64,000 nucleotides of DNA, taken from assembly GCF_009914755.1 (NCBI RefSeq), contig NC_060927.1. One strand, written 5' to 3'. Shown here piece after piece: positions 12,074 through 26,552 of the stretch. Within the stretch, counting starts at the first letter, position 1; each line of letters opens with the position of its first letter. A program made the position numbers and the translations under genes. This DNA comes from the human T2T-CHM13v2.0 reference genome, Homo sapiens. The notes under the pieces were generated by a model. That model was not told where the DNA came from. It worked only from the letters and a program-made list of their open reading frames with translations, and ran no database searches.

Positions 12074-13425
12074 CTCAACCTGTATTTTAGATTGAGGGGG
12101 TGCAAGTGCAAGTTTGTTACGTAACTATATTGCATAATGCTGAGCCTTGGGGTACAATTGAACCTGTTACCCAGGTAGTGAGCATGTTACCCAACAGGTG
12201 GTGTTTCAACCCTTGCCCTTCTGTTCCCACTGTTGTAGTCACCCGTGTCTATTGTTCCCATCCTTATATCCATGTGTACCCAGTGGTTAGCTCCCACGTA
12301 TAAGTGAGAACATGTAGTATTTCATTATCTGTTTCTGCATGAGTTTGCCTAGGATAATGGCCTCCAGCTCCATTCATTTTGCTGCAAAGGACAAGATTTT
12401 ATTCCTTTTTATGGCTATGTAGTATTCCACGGTGTATATGTGCCACATTTGCTTTATGCAATATATGGTTGATGGGTGCTTAGGTTGATTCCACATCTTT
12501 GCTACTGTGAATAGTGCTGCGATGAACATATGCGGGGGGTACATGTGTCTTTTTGGTAGAATAATTTATTGTCCTTTGGATATATATTGAATAATGGGAT
12601 GGCTGTGTCAAAGGTTGTTCTATTTTTAGTTCTTTGAGAAAACTCCACAACTGCTTTCCACAGTGGTCGAACTAATTTACATTCCCACCAATAATGTATG
12701 AGCATTCTCTTTTCTTCACAGCCCTGCCAACATCTGTTACTTTTTTAGTTTTTAATAATAGTCTTTCTGACTGGTGTGAGATGATATGTCGTCGTGGTTT
12801 TGATTTGCATTTCTCTGATGATTAGAGATGATGAGCATTCTTCCATATGTTTCTTGGCCACTAGTATGCCTTTTAAGAAGTGTCTGTTCACATCTTTTGC
12901 CCACTTTTTAATGGGGTTATTTGGTTTTTTGCTTGTTGATTTAAGTTTCTTATAGATTCTGCATATTAGTCATTTGTCAGATGCACAGTTGGCTAATATT
13001 TTCTCACATTCTGTAGGTTGTCTGTTTACTCTGTGGATAAGTTTCTTTTGCTATGCAGAAGCTATTTCCTTTAGTTAGGTCCCACTTGTCAATTTTTGTT
13101 TTTGTTGCAATTGCTTTTGAGGACTTAGTCATGAATTCTTTGCCACAGTCAATGTAAAACAGAAAAAAAAGGTATTTCCTAGGATTTCTTCAGGATTTTT
13201 ATAGTTCGAGGTGTTACATTTAAGTCTTTAAGCCACTTTGATTAATTTTTGTATATGGTAATAGGTAGGAGCCTAGTTTCACTCTTCAGTATGTGGATAC
13301 CCAGTTATCCCAGCACCATAGGAAGCAGAAATCATTTCCCCATTGTTTATTTTTGTCAACCTTGTCAAAGATCAGATGGTTGTAGTTGTGTGGCTTTATT
13401 TCTGGGTTATCTATTCTATTCCATT
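12074..13425 (-). mobile_element. 5'-truncated L1 (L1PA15/16-like): 3'UTR plus ORF2 C-terminal remnant
   Basis: ORF 12502-12705(-) LIHYWWECKLVRPLWKAV matches the ORF2 C-terminal motif LLHCWWDCKLVQPLWKSV. L1 3'UTR is present, with a poly(A) remnant at 11731-11770. Confidence 0.9.
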
Positions 13426-13475
13426 ACACCACCACATCAGTTCTTTATTTAAAAACTATCACATGTTAATTCCTT

Positions 13476-13684
13476 GATGGTAACAATAGACACTGGGGAC
13501 TACTGGAAGTAGGAGAGAGGGAAGGAGCAAAGGCTGAAAAAGTGCTTGTTGGGTACTATGCTCATTACCTGGATGACAAGTTCAATCATACATCAAACCT
13601 CAGCATCATGCAATAGATCCATGTAACAAACCTGCACTTGTATGCCTTAAATCTAAAATAAAAGTTGAAATTATTTTTTAAAAA
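13476..13684 (+). mobile_element. Short L1 3' end (L1PA15/16-like)
   Basis: aacaatagacactggggactact...aaacctcagcatcatgcaat...aacaaacctgcacttg...ctaaaataaaagttgaaa. Confidence 0.88.
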
Positions 13685-15228
13685 TCACAGCTTATAGAAT
13701 AAAATACAAATAGTTCAGCTTTATGTCTAGATTGTCTTTATCCAGAGAATTCTAGTATTTTCTTTAGGCATTTCTTATCTATCTCATGAACTGTATTGTT
13801 TATTTGGCCACCTAGCCTTTTGTGTGTGCCCATTTAAAACCATGAAATGGCCTTATTCCCTTGTTTATTTAACAAAATCTTTCTCAACCTTCCGGACTTA
13901 CCTCAAGATCCAATTCAAATATCATCCTCTCTGAGAAGCCTGCCTTCACACTTTATATCATCACGGGAATTAATTTTACCTACATTTCTTTAACCTAGTA
14001 CAAAACCTTTAGCATTTATTTTCTACATTTTGTTATTTGCTTTGCATATTAGCATCTTGGAAATCTGATGCATTTTATATTTTCCCCATCCTTTAGAACC
14101 TCATATAGGGTCTGAAACAGAGAATGAATACATAAATATTTGTGAATGAAAAAATACGATTTTTATTATCAACCATGAATATAAAGTGGGCTCCTTTTTG
14201 GTAAATGGACTTCTGAATTGTGAGGAATCTATTTTCAGTAGGTTGTCTTATACAAAATTGTTCAACTTAAATATTGTTGAATTCTTCCTTTGTGATCTAT
14301 AACACTGCTGAAATAGCACCATCACCAAGCAGTTTACTCTGTAGTGCTGAGAATGACATATAAACAATTAACAGTATACAAGTCAGATTACAAATTCTAG
14401 AGGTACAAGAAAATGCTTATGGGATACAAGAGAAAGAAACAGTTAATTTTGGCTGGTACTCAGCATTACAAATAAAACCACATAAAACAGACGGGGACAC
14501 AATCTCAAATGGCATTCAAAATGGTCAACTAAATGAACACTGTGGGTTTTTAAAATTCTGCATAAATGTGGTACATGGTGAACAAATTCTGTCCTCTAAC
14601 TACTAAATTACTTTTTAAATTTACCACTGCAGTCGTGATTTATAAAGCATTCACAAACACTCACACATGCAAGACTGCCAAAGGCAGTAATTTCATTGGC
14701 TGAGCATTCAGCCCTACTTTTAAATTAAAGGCAAAGATTAACATGTGTTAAAGTGAGGGTTTGCTAAGGCTTAACTATGGGTATCAGATTGCCTAAATAA
14801 AGCAGTAAGTCAAATACCAGGCCAAGCCAAAAGTGTTTGTTCTTCACTTAGGCTTCCAATCCCAGGCATCATGTATTTAAGAGCAAGCTCAAAGGCAAGC
14901 TTTTGGAAAACAGAGCATAATGTTGGCATGCAAGGCTTTCCCAATTAAACAAACTAATTCCCAAGAACAAAACTACAATAAATTGTCTGAGAATTCCAGA
15001 GAACAAAGCCCAGCGTGGGATGACATTTTGTTTTTTCTCATTTCATTACTTTTCTTCCCTATCCCTCTCGTTAAGAACTGGCATTAAATGCTCTGTGGGG
15101 TTTGATCAGAAATACACAGAGAATTTAGACTTGCTGTAAAAGCACTTGTTTTGCAGCCTCCTTAGGTTTGGTAGTAGCTGTCTGAATGAGCAGTCTTGGT
15201 GATTCTAAGGAAAGTCTAGTGGGACTTT

Positions 15229-15510
15229 GCTATATGTCCCCCTAAAATTCATATGTTAAAAATCTAGCCCCCAAGGTAATGGTATTAGAAGGTACGGCCT
15301 TTGGGGAGGTGATTAGGCTCCACCTGTATGAATGAGCTTAGTATCTTTATAATAGAGGCCCAAAGGAGTTTGTTTGCTCTATCCACTAAGTGAGGGCACA
15401 GCAATGAATCACCTATGAACCAAATAGCAGCCCTTTAGCAGATTCTGAATTGGCTGGCACCTTGATATTGAAGTGCTCAAACTCCAGAACTATGAGAAAA
15501 TAAGTTTCTA
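15229..15510 (+). mobile_element. MaLR LTR (MLT1A/MSTD-like), 3'-truncated
   Basis: atgtccccctaaaattcatatgttaaaaatctagcccccaaggtaatggtattagaagg...ctggcaccttgat...ctccagaactatgagaaaataagtttct. The usual final ~50 nt are absent. Confidence 0.8.
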
Positions 15511-15511
15511 A

Positions 15512-15583
15512 ATTTGCCATCTTCAAAGAAAATCCAAGTGCCAGTAAGCTGTAGGGAAAGTGGTATGTTATTTATTTAATTCA
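15512..15583 (+). repeat. Dispersed direct repeat, copy of 16484-16554
   Basis: atttgccatcttcaaagaaaatccaagtgccagtaagctgtagggaaagtggtatgtt vs atttgccactttcaaagaagatccaaatgccagtaagcatagggaaggtggtatgtt: 6 substitutions and 1 gap over 58 nt, counted by eye. Confidence 0.9.
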
Positions 15584-17873
15584 TCTAGTAAACAGTGCTT
15601 CAGAGAACAGAGAGAGACATTTTCACATTTGTCCTACCAAAGTGAAGTTTGTTGGCTGGACTTGAAAAATTTTTAATTTTACTTTAAAAGAAAAAAAAAT
15701 ATATCTTTTCAGGCTGTCACAATTAGCTACAAAAACATAATTTCATTAGATTGATTTTGCTATCAAACATTTAGTAAAAGATGCTTTTTTATTCAAATTA
15801 TCCATTGTTGGACTGTATTATTTTCATTTGCATTATTTTGAAAATGCATTTATAGTTCATGCATAACGAATGAGTGACTAATAATACACAGATATATTCC
15901 TAAGTGCTTTCATTCTTGATTATTTATGACATTTATTTTTTATTCTTCTGGCAGGGTAAAGAGCTCTAGGGAGCAAGATGACCTTTTCATACATGACCAA
16001 TAAGAGATGAAAATGCATTTTATGTGAGTAATCTCTCTATTGATCAGGAAAGTATCAAGGATTATTTCAAATACATCATTGTTATTCAGCCAGTATATAT
16101 CAGTATGGCACAGTGGCCAGCATCAATTTTCATTGGTCAGTACCCTGATAAATAGTTATAATAATCAGAATGGACATACATATACACACATGACAGTTAT
16201 TTAGCTCACATTATATTGTGCCTTTTCATTTTTTAAAATAAACTCATTTTCAAGAACAATTTGAAAGTAAGATTCATATTACCATGGACACTAATAGCTT
16301 TCACTTTTTGTGTCTATTCCTTTACCTCCACCCTCATGGTAACACCCATCCTATCATTGTGACATTCTGTGTTCTCCCCCTATCAATTCGCGGAAGCAAA
16401 CTTCACAGTCTTTTATATTTTTACTTAATCTGTTAAAAATCCCAGTATATTTTTCATATGTCATAACATTTTTTAAACTATACATTTGCCACTTTCAAAG
16501 AAGATCCAAATGCCAGTAAGCATAGGGAAGGTGGTATGTTTTATTATTTACTCAATCAACATATGCTGAGCATCTACTATGAGCCAGGCACAACGAGAAG
16601 TGTGATGGCTGGTTGGAAGAAACAGATTGGAGCTATCAGTTGGGTTATGGTGGAATGTCTGGTTATTGAGTCAACTCATGTACTTTAATAGGATCTCTGA
16701 TTGGCCCATTTTGGGAAACCAGAAAATGTTGAGTGTAATCCTGCCATCATGATTTTCAAATTAACACATTTTCTTCCATCTCTTTTATACCTCTTCATGG
16801 GATGGTAAGTCTGACAGCAGCCTGTTGTGTCATTTCTCAGAGCAATACTTTTTCTGATGTTGACTCTTACTTAGGCCCATATCATATACAATTCATTAAT
16901 AACAAGCACCTAGAATATAAATTATCATAGCAAAAACATCAATGTCCTCTCTACTTTACAGATGAATCACTCACAATCCAGAGACCTGATAACCTTCCCA
17001 GAGTCACACATCTATTAGCAGCAGGCTTGATGTTCTTATCCTGATTCATCAGAGACTTCATTAGAATGAGCTCAGAATTAATATCCAAAGGATCATTTTT
17101 TTTTGTCTATTTAGTTCATATTAGTTAAGCTATTACTAATTAATCGATTAAACTAATATTGATATCCTTTTTGTTTTTAACATAAATTTTCACTAATTTG
17201 TTTTCATTTATCCTTTTCCTAAGATTGCATGGCCACCATGCTCTAATTTTCAAGGGAATGATATATACTTCTTATATGTACTTCATAATACTTCTTAACT
17301 AGATGTGAGAAAATAAGTAGACCTCTATGATGGCACTCAGCGAAGACAAGATGGAATGAAAACTTGCTAACTAAAAATTGTTTATCTTATTTTCCAAAAA
17401 TATTGATCTTAATAATTCATATTTTAAACACTAGAAAGTAAAATGACCTCTATAAAATTATTCCTGCAGAACTAATATTTTTTTAACTCAGGGCTATTTC
17501 AGAATGAACGCTGGTTCCAATTGCTTTCCTTATAATATATACTCTGTTTTATTAATGGCTTACCATCTTTTTGCCAGAAAGTATAGTACTTTACGTTAGA
17601 ATAACAAACAGAAGAGGAACTGGTTTCAACAACCATTAATTATTGCTCAAAACATTATAATTAACCATACTCCATTTGTTCTCATATATAAACATAATAG
17701 AAGGGACAGCTAATGACATCTCAAAGGAACAAATAATTCAAAACTGCACCTAATAATTTATTGGCGTATGTGGCTTAACTACAAGGGAAATTGCATCCAG
17801 TGCTTGCTTGAAAACATTAGCCTCTGGGCTGTAGAGAAAGAACACTAAAGGAGAGGTAACCATGAGCATATAA

Positions 17874-18190
<317 letters not shown>

Positions 18191-19319
18191 CTGGAATGTG
18201 ACTTTTAACTAATGGGATTTACATGACCAGTGGGAGAGAGACTCATAGTTTAGGGAAACTTCATTGTTTCCACAAAATTTCTAAAAAAAAAAAAAACAAA
18301 ACTTGTCTCTTAATCCCTAAACTGTCTGTCTGAAAGTCATAAGTACTATTTGTAGCTGATCCTACCAGCCAGAAATTTAACATCTGCCATTTTTCTACAG
18401 AGCTCTGCACATAAAGTATTTTTCTTATTTTGACTAATCAGTACTTCTTATGTGGCACTCCCTGATGACTCCACCTATCCAGGACTACATGTGGCCTTTT
18501 CTCTTTCCCATATCACTTAATTTTGTGTACAATGAGACCAAAGTAATTTTAAGAAAAACGTATGCTTTTACAATCACTAGAGCTATTAGAAATTTAGCTA
18601 ATAAGAGTTATTTTTCAACATTAATGGAGCTCTAATAATAATAGAGTTACTCTCCAACACTATTATCACCATTTTTAAACCACTAATGGTATTATTTTCA
18701 TTTGTATTTTAAAGATGGAACAATAAAATTGTTCCCTGCCAAAAATATTAATTTGTATACTTTTTATTTCATCATAAATAATAAAAAAGTCAAATGTTTG
18801 CATTAAATGGCTTATACATAAAATGTGGCTTTTCGTATCTATAGGATTCATCATATTTAATAGAATAATTAATAATGAATACAGCAGAAAATTTGAAGAA
18901 TCACTTCTCTAGGATATTAGATGATTAAGTTTATTTTTTAAATTCAAGATATAATTTAGATATGAATTAGAGGGTATAAAATAAGGAGAGAAGTAAAAAA
19001 AGGTTTTTACATAGTAAAGACTTGTAACAAAGCACACTTTTATGAACTGTTACTGTTTAAAATTTACAAAAATAAATTTTGATGGAAATCCCTATGAATT
19101 TCACGGGTTGGTATGCTGATAGGTCAAAGTGCTAATCCATATTAAAGTTATGTGATTTGAAGACTTTGTTATTCACAGTGAATTCATGAAAATGGCTCAA
19201 TAGAATTTCAGGCCAGCAAAACTTATACCTTTATTAATTCATCAGTCTTTTATTTATTTCAATGAATTTTATTGAACTTCACTACTATGGGTGAGGCACA
19301 GAGATTGCCCCTCTAAAGA

Positions 19320-19990
19320 TAATGTCAGTTAGGACTCTCCTCTGCCCTCTTGCAACACACCCCTGACTAGATCCCCTGCTTCCACCCCTGTTCACCATAA
19401 TTTATTTTTCACACTGAAGCCAAGCTGATTTTTCTAAAATATGATTCTAATCATTTTACTCACACCTGCAACCAGTTGAACACTAAATACAATGTAAACT
19501 CCTTAACTGGGTTTTCCAGCTTCTTTATGATCTGACCCCTGCTTCCCTGCAGCCTCGCCACTATAGGCCCTCTGCCTCCCTGCTCACTGCACCACAGCGT
19601 TTTGCCTTTTAGATTTTCATGGACATCAAGCTCTTTCTATCTTTAAGCTTTATTTTTATTTTTATTTTTTGTCTGAAATGCTCAAATGTTCGCCTCCACA
19701 TTGTTGGCCTGGACAACTCCTACTCATTCTCAATCCTCAACAGAAAGACACCGTCAGAGCAACATTCCCTGAACTGTCAATCTGAATTAGGTCGTTCTGA
19801 TTTGTAATCGATATATGTGTCTCTCTAGTTATTTAATAGAAGTCTCTCTCAGGAGACCGTACACTCCATGAGTGCACAAGTCTTGTCTACCATATTGACC
19901 ATTGTGCACACAGCATTGAGCATAATGCCTGACATATAGGACACATTGTTGAAAATTAATTATTACATGTTTGATCAAATGAGTGTGTGA
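19320..19990 (+). mobile_element. L2 LINE 3' fragment (L2a-like)
   Basis: cccctgcttccacccctg...tgatctgacccctgctt...actccatgagtgcacaag...cagcattgagcataatgcctgacatatagg. Confidence 0.75.
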
Positions 19991-20630
19991 ATGCTCTAAT
20001 GGTGCCTGGATACATGCAAACTCTTCTTCTAAAGGAATTAAAATTAATACACCAATCTTTAATCTTTGTGTCCAATTGCTAAATTGAGATATGTAAATAT
20101 GACAAAAAGGGGGGGCCTTTTTAGAAAGACTGGTATAAATTGGAAAATTTTAGAAAATTAGAAAATTTGACTAAAAAATCGAAGGAGGGAAAAAACAAGG
20201 AAATTACTAAAGAAACAAGTTAAAATAAGGTTAAGTGGACTTCTAATTTTATTATAACCGGCGTACTTATAAGACTGAGTTCGTTTAAAATTGTTTACTG
20301 ATAGATAAAAACAAGCCCTTATTGTTTTAATTTCATTTATTGCTGAAAGACATTGAACATATTTTCATGTCCATTAACTATTTGTAATTTTGTTTCTGTT
20401 AACTGCTTTCCTTTGTTTACTTTTTTCTCATTGCTCAAAGTGATTTTATATGTTACAGAAATTAGCTCTTTATGTTTATAGTGTTTCAAATTTTTTCCTA
20501 CTCTTAATTGTATTTTGACTTCATTTGTGATGTTTTTGTCATACAATTTTATGTATGTAGTTTAATTGTTAACTTGTTTCCATTATGAATTCTGGGCTTT
20601 CCCCACTTGAAGATTATAAAAAATATTCCT

Positions 20631-20925
20631 GGCCAGGCGCAGTGGCTCACACCTGTAATCCCAGAACTTTGGGAGGCCAAGGCAGGTGGATCATGAGGTC
20701 AGGAGATCAGGACCATCCTGGCCAACATAGTGAAACCCCATCTGTACTAAAAATACAAAAATTAGCCAGGCGTAGCAGTGTACACCTGTAGTCCCAGCTA
20801 CTTGGGAGGCTGAGGCAGGAGAAATTGCTTGAACCTGGGAGGGGGAAGCTGCGGTGAGCTGAGATTGGGCCACTGCACTCCAGCCTGGGCAACAGAGTGA
20901 GACTCCGTCTCAAAAAAAAAAAAAA
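20631..20925 (+). mobile_element. AluS (AluSc-like)
   Basis: ggatcatgaggtcaggagatcaggaccatcctggccaacat, plus an A tail. Confidence 0.94.
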
Positions 20926-22752
20926 TTGCCCATATTCTCTCCTAGTATGGTTTAAAATCCTCATATCTTCAGACAATATATTTATTAAATTCACTGAAGT
21001 TTACTTTATATACAGAAAACTGCATTTATTTTAATTGTGCATTTTGAGTTTTGATTGTTTTGTACACCCACGGAAACCACTCCCACAGCAAAGGTACATA
21101 ACATTGCCATCATCCGCTACAGATACTTTGTGCCTGTTTAAGTCAATCCTTTCTTATGCCTCCATACCAAGCAACTACTGGTCTGCTTTTTGTCACTAAA
21201 TTTAGTTTGCATTTTCCTGAATTTTATATAAATTAAATCATATAGTATGCATTCTTTTGTGCTGACTTCTTCTAATAGCAAAATGATTTTGATATTTATC
21301 CAAATTGTTGTATATATCCATAGTTTATTCCTTTTTATTGTTGAATACTATTCAGTGTGGTATATGAATGCCACATTTGTTTATCCATCCACCTACTAAT
21401 TAATATTTGGGATGTTTCTACTTCATAGCTATTTTTAATATAGCTGCTATGAGTATGAATGTGCAAGTCTTTGCATGGATGTATGCTTTCATTTATCTCA
21501 GGTAGGTAACTGTCACTGAAACATATTTTTAAAAACTTTTAAGTTAACTTTTTAATAGACTGCTAAACCAATTGTACAATTCTCCATTTCCACCAACAGT
21601 AATGAGAATTTTACTAGTACTTTTATGGTTTGATTTTCCTTTCAAATCTTTGACATATCAATAATTTATCTTGATAAAAATGAAGAGGTAAAGACATTAC
21701 ACGAGTCCAACAATCTAGGCAATTTGTCCCAATACCATTAACTGAATAACTATAGTTTCTCTACTCCTTTGAAATGGGGCAATTTCTGTATTTGTTATTC
21801 TGTTTCTTCCTCTTCACGTACCATTTCTATATTATTTTAATGGTAGATTTATTTTACAGGGGTGCTCTGGCTGCAAAAATAATAAAGGCTAGAATAAAGC
21901 TGGCTTAAGCAGAAAAAAAATTCATACTATCATATAATGGCACTTTCAGAGTCTTATGAACCTAGACTTTGTTTTTTTGTTTTTTTTGTTTTTGTTTTTG
22001 TTTTTGTTTTTGCAGTATTTTACCCAATGATGTCATCAGAGACCCAGTTCTTTCCATTTCTCAGTTTGGACATGCCCATGGTTGCCTTCATCTTCAAGCA
22101 GAAAGTGAGGTGGTTACAACAGTTTCCAAAATCGAACTGACACCAATTAATACCCTGAAGAAGAATGAAGCTGTCTTCTTTTCCCCGCTAAAAAACAGTC
22201 AAGGCTCTCCTCCCATGTCATTTGTCCTAACTGGCTAACATTTGTCATTCCCTGAATCAATCATAGACAAATAAAATGGAGATACCATTATTGGCTTAAA
22301 TTAAGGATCTTCAGACAGAATGGATGTTGAAAAAAGCCACTAAATCTGCCATATCTATAAAAAAAATTAACATTTCAGGACAATTTCCACCTCAACTCTT
22401 CACTAGCTTTCTTAGCTATTCTCATGTTTATATTTCCCTATACACTTTAGGATAAGATTCTTAAATTTTTAAAAGATCTTATTTTGCTTTTGTATGGAAT
22501 ACTACTACATGTACTATAATATTCAGACAGTTGACATCTTTAAAATATTGAGACATTCAATCCAGGAAGAAAATAGGCTTTATCCTTTATTCTGGTTTTA
22601 TAATTTATCTTTTACTAGAATTTTAATATTTTCTTTATATAGACTGTTAATTTTCATGTTACAAAGGTTTTAATATTTTTGTTATTATTATAAACAGGAT
22701 ATTCCTCCATCACATAATGTTATTTACTATTTGCATATATAATAACTATTGC

Positions 22753-23053
22753 TTTTTTTTTTTTTTTTTTTTGAGATGGAGTCTCACTCTTTCGACCAGG
22801 CTGGAGTGCAATGGCACGATCTCAGCTCACTACAACCTCGCCTCCCAGTTTCAAGCCATTCTCCTGCCTTGGCCTTCTGAGTAGCTGGGATTTTAACCGC
22901 ATGCCACCACGCCCAGCTAATTTTTGTATTTTTAATAGAGATGGGATTTCACTATGTTGGCCAGGCTGGACACGAACTCCTGACCTCAAGTGATCCACCT
23001 GCCTTGACTTCCCAAAGTGCTTGGATTACAGGCATTAGCCACCATGCCCAGCC
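22753..23053 (-). mobile_element. AluS
   Basis: T20 followed by reverse Alu. TSD-like ctattgctttt / ctattgttttt. Confidence 0.94.
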
Positions 23054-24506
23054 ATCTATTGTTTTTTAAAAATTAATTTTGAAATCAGCTATTTTACTCC
23101 ATTATCTTGTCTTTTATAGATTCTTAGACATTTCTTTTAAATTTTCTGGGTATAAAATCATATTATCTGCAAATAATTTTAATTATATCATCACATTTTT
23201 ACCTTTTATATTATCCTTCTCTTTTCTAATTAAATTTAACATTCTACCAGAGCAACATTAAATATACTAGTAATATTTATTGGATGCTTCTGGTATTTTA
23301 CAGTTAAACACATGATTCCATATTTGTTAGAAATACATGTTTTTCCATGTGAAGAAAATATTCTTCTTGGTCAATTACCAATAATAAAGTTGAATTCTAT
23401 TAAATGCATTTTCATTTGCAATTTTTGATGGAATATAATGAAGAAAATTAATAGATTTTCAAATATGAACCATCCTTGCATTCCTGAGATTGAATACAAT
23501 TGATTGTTCTAGATAACTCAATTAATATGCTACTGCATTCTCTCTGAGATTAATTCCTTTAACACTTGTATTATTGTATGTAAGTAGAATTACTTTGAAA
23601 TTTTTTTCTTACAGAATGTTAAAATTAAAGTTTTTGATGAAACACCAAGATAAAATATAATGTACTAGACATTCCTCTATTCCAAAGTTGGTGTTTATAT
23701 CTCATGCAAAAATTTATAATGAAAATATCCATAGAGTTGCTACACAACTCTTTAAGCCCTGGATCATCTTTAACATTTTCAGCAGTTGACAGTTGGTAGT
23801 AAAGAGAAAATTTTGTAGAAAGAAATTTTGAGAGCATCATCAGGTTTCTAGGAATCCTAATGTCACAATGGGGAAGACTTGGGTAGTATCTGGTTCTCAC
23901 CTCAAGGGCAGTGAGAGAGGTTTTGAAGAGGCTACCCTGTAAAGCTTTATTGGTATCTCCCCAAGTTTGTGACTCATGCCTTGTAAAGCTCAAGTGATAC
24001 CTGGCAACAGAATAGAAGGCTAAAACTGAGAAGTTACTTCCTTTCTCTCTGAAAGTGGGTCAAATATGGGTTAATCAAGGCACTCACATATAGATTCTAA
24101 GTAGAAATGTCAGCCTGGGGTTATTTCAAGTGGGATCCACTTCAGGAGGGTTGCCTTTTAGGCTGAGAAACAACAAATGGAAAAGGATGTGGACTGTAAA
24201 TCCAAGAGGAAATTCTATGTCATGGGGCTAGGCCTGACAAAGGAAAAACACTGCCTATGCTCCAGGAGTTTTAAAAAGGTACTCTTGCAGAGAAATCGTC
24301 AAAGAACATACACAAGTACCCTAAAAGTGAAAAACATTGTTTGCTTTAAATATCTGTATGCCCAGAAGTCATGAAGATATCTGTAAAATATGAGGTTTCT
24401 TACCTGCCTTCCCTCTTCTATCATCCTTAACACCTCCCCTAATCCCACCCCCCAACTTTGACACTGAGAGTGTTAAATTAAGAGATACTAGATAGGACAA
24501 AAATAA

Positions 24507-24948
<442 letters not shown>

Positions 24949-25925
24949 AAGATTTTTTTTTAATTTATGAGTAGAGACAATATCCTAAAACCAAGAAACA
25001 TACCTTTCCCTTTACTTAGAGTTTATTCTTCTTTCAAAAAGAGAATTTGATTGAGTTAGTTGTCCTCATTGCATCCATTAAGGGCCTCAGCTGGGCAAAG
25101 TTCTTGCAAATCTTCTCAGGCATTGTTGGTTCCCTCTCTTCCCAGCACAGCCCATAAATAACCATGAGGATAAAACGATGGAAAAGAAAAAAGAGTAAAA
25201 AATAAAATAGCCTATCAAAAGTACATAAAACGAACTCCTTAAATCATAAAATCGAAATCACAATTTCATGTGTTCTTAAATAAAACAAAAATTACAAACC
25301 TCATCAAGATGGAAACAGAAAGCTACTGCTACTAAGTCTATCATGTAAACTGTAACCTCTCATAATTTGGTCACACCAAGCCTATGGCTAATGTCGCTGT
25401 CTCAGATCCAGACATCTGTGGCCAGGAGAGCCAGGTTGCTTTCATCTACAGTAGTCAAAGCTAGAACCATAACATTTTAGTAGTAAAGAACTAGTTGTGA
25501 TAACATTCTACAGAAAGGATTGTACACTTTTTGAAGGAATTTGTGCATCTATTCTAGAAAGCAAAATCTGCTGTTCTGGAAATTTGCCATAAGGTGTATA
25601 CAATTGTACTTCAGCCACACAATCTGAATGGAGAGATACATAATTTGACACTCTGAGGCTGAATTCTGCCCCAAACTCTGTAATTAACTATGCAGAATAG
25701 TGAGCATACATTCATAAAAATATATTTAATTATTTATTTAAACCACATTAGTAAACATTAATTTACTGTTTGTTATAAATGTTACTTAAAGTCATTTAGA
25801 GGCATAATTTTAAAGTGCAATTTAACATTAATTTCATATCCTTTTTATCTTTTTCTTAATCATTTCGCCCTGAATCATAAGTGATATTACAAAGATATAG
25901 TGATATTTTGTTCATTCATCTAGCA

Positions 25926-26124
25926 CAGAATTTTGCAATAGCAGCATGGCTGACACTCTGAGCTGGATAATTACTTGCTGTGGGGACTCTCCTGTGATTG
26001 TAGGATGTTTAGCAGTCCACTAGATGTCAGGAGTAACTGCCCTTTAACTACCACCAGTTGTGACAACCCAAAATTTCTCCAGATAATTGTTGAATATACA
26101 TCCCACTCCCAGTTGAGACCACTG
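25926..26124 (+). mobile_element. MER20 (hAT-Charlie) DNA transposon
   Basis: gctggataattacttgctgtgggg...tgtaggatgtttagcag...ccagttgtgacaacccaaaatttctccaga...gttgagaccactg. 8-bp TSD-like atctagca / ctttagca. Confidence 0.85.
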
Positions 26125-26328
26125 CTTTAGCAGAATGTTAAGGCTTTCCAGTTTACACATCTTGCAGTAGCTGCCATCCTAATCCTAGGGAGCTCATTGG
26201 TTATCATTGATTAAGACGTAAGACTAAGCTAACTGGTCCTTAGTTTACTTTTATAACCTATTCCATACTCAAACACACATAGCAAGAAAGAAACAGGAGA
26301 TTGAGATGCTTCTAGGAGCATCCTTGTA

Positions 26329-26545
26329 CAGTTGACGCTCTTTATGCGGGAGAAGAGATAGGTTCCTGGACTCCCCGCATGTACCAAAATCCCGCATATA
26401 CTCAAATCCCAGTCAGTCTTGTGGAAACTGTGTATAAGAAACGTCAGCCTGTCATATACTGAGTTTCCAGTCCAGCCTTTGGTTGAAAAGAAATCAATGT
26501 ATAAGCGGACGCGTGCATTTCAAACCTGTGTTCAAGGGTCAACTG
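26329..26545 (+). mobile_element. MER8 (TcMar-Tigger) MITE
   Basis: Terminal inverted repeats cagttgac...gtcaactg flanked by TA, with internal ggttcctggactcccc...taccaaaatcc. Confidence 0.85.
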
Positions 26546-26552
26546 TATTTGT

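Larger units (their letters stand above)
20280..23600 (-). mobile_element. Patchwork of old L1M fragments interrupted by Alus and an MLT1-like LTR (~21860-22330)
   Basis: T-rich antisense L1 motifs (ccaagcaactactggtctgctttttgtcacta, ttgacatctttaaaatattgag, gaaccatccttgcattcctgagat). Confidence 0.65.

Noticed and set aside
12502-12705. ORF with a C/H-rich motif
   Set aside because: It is an L1 ORF2 C-terminal remnant with no intact ORF, so it serves only as evidence for the L1.
23625-23993. 122-aa ORF on the - strand (also 57405-57773 on +)
   Set aside because: Non-ATG start, no recognisable domain or splice context, and a length expected by chance.
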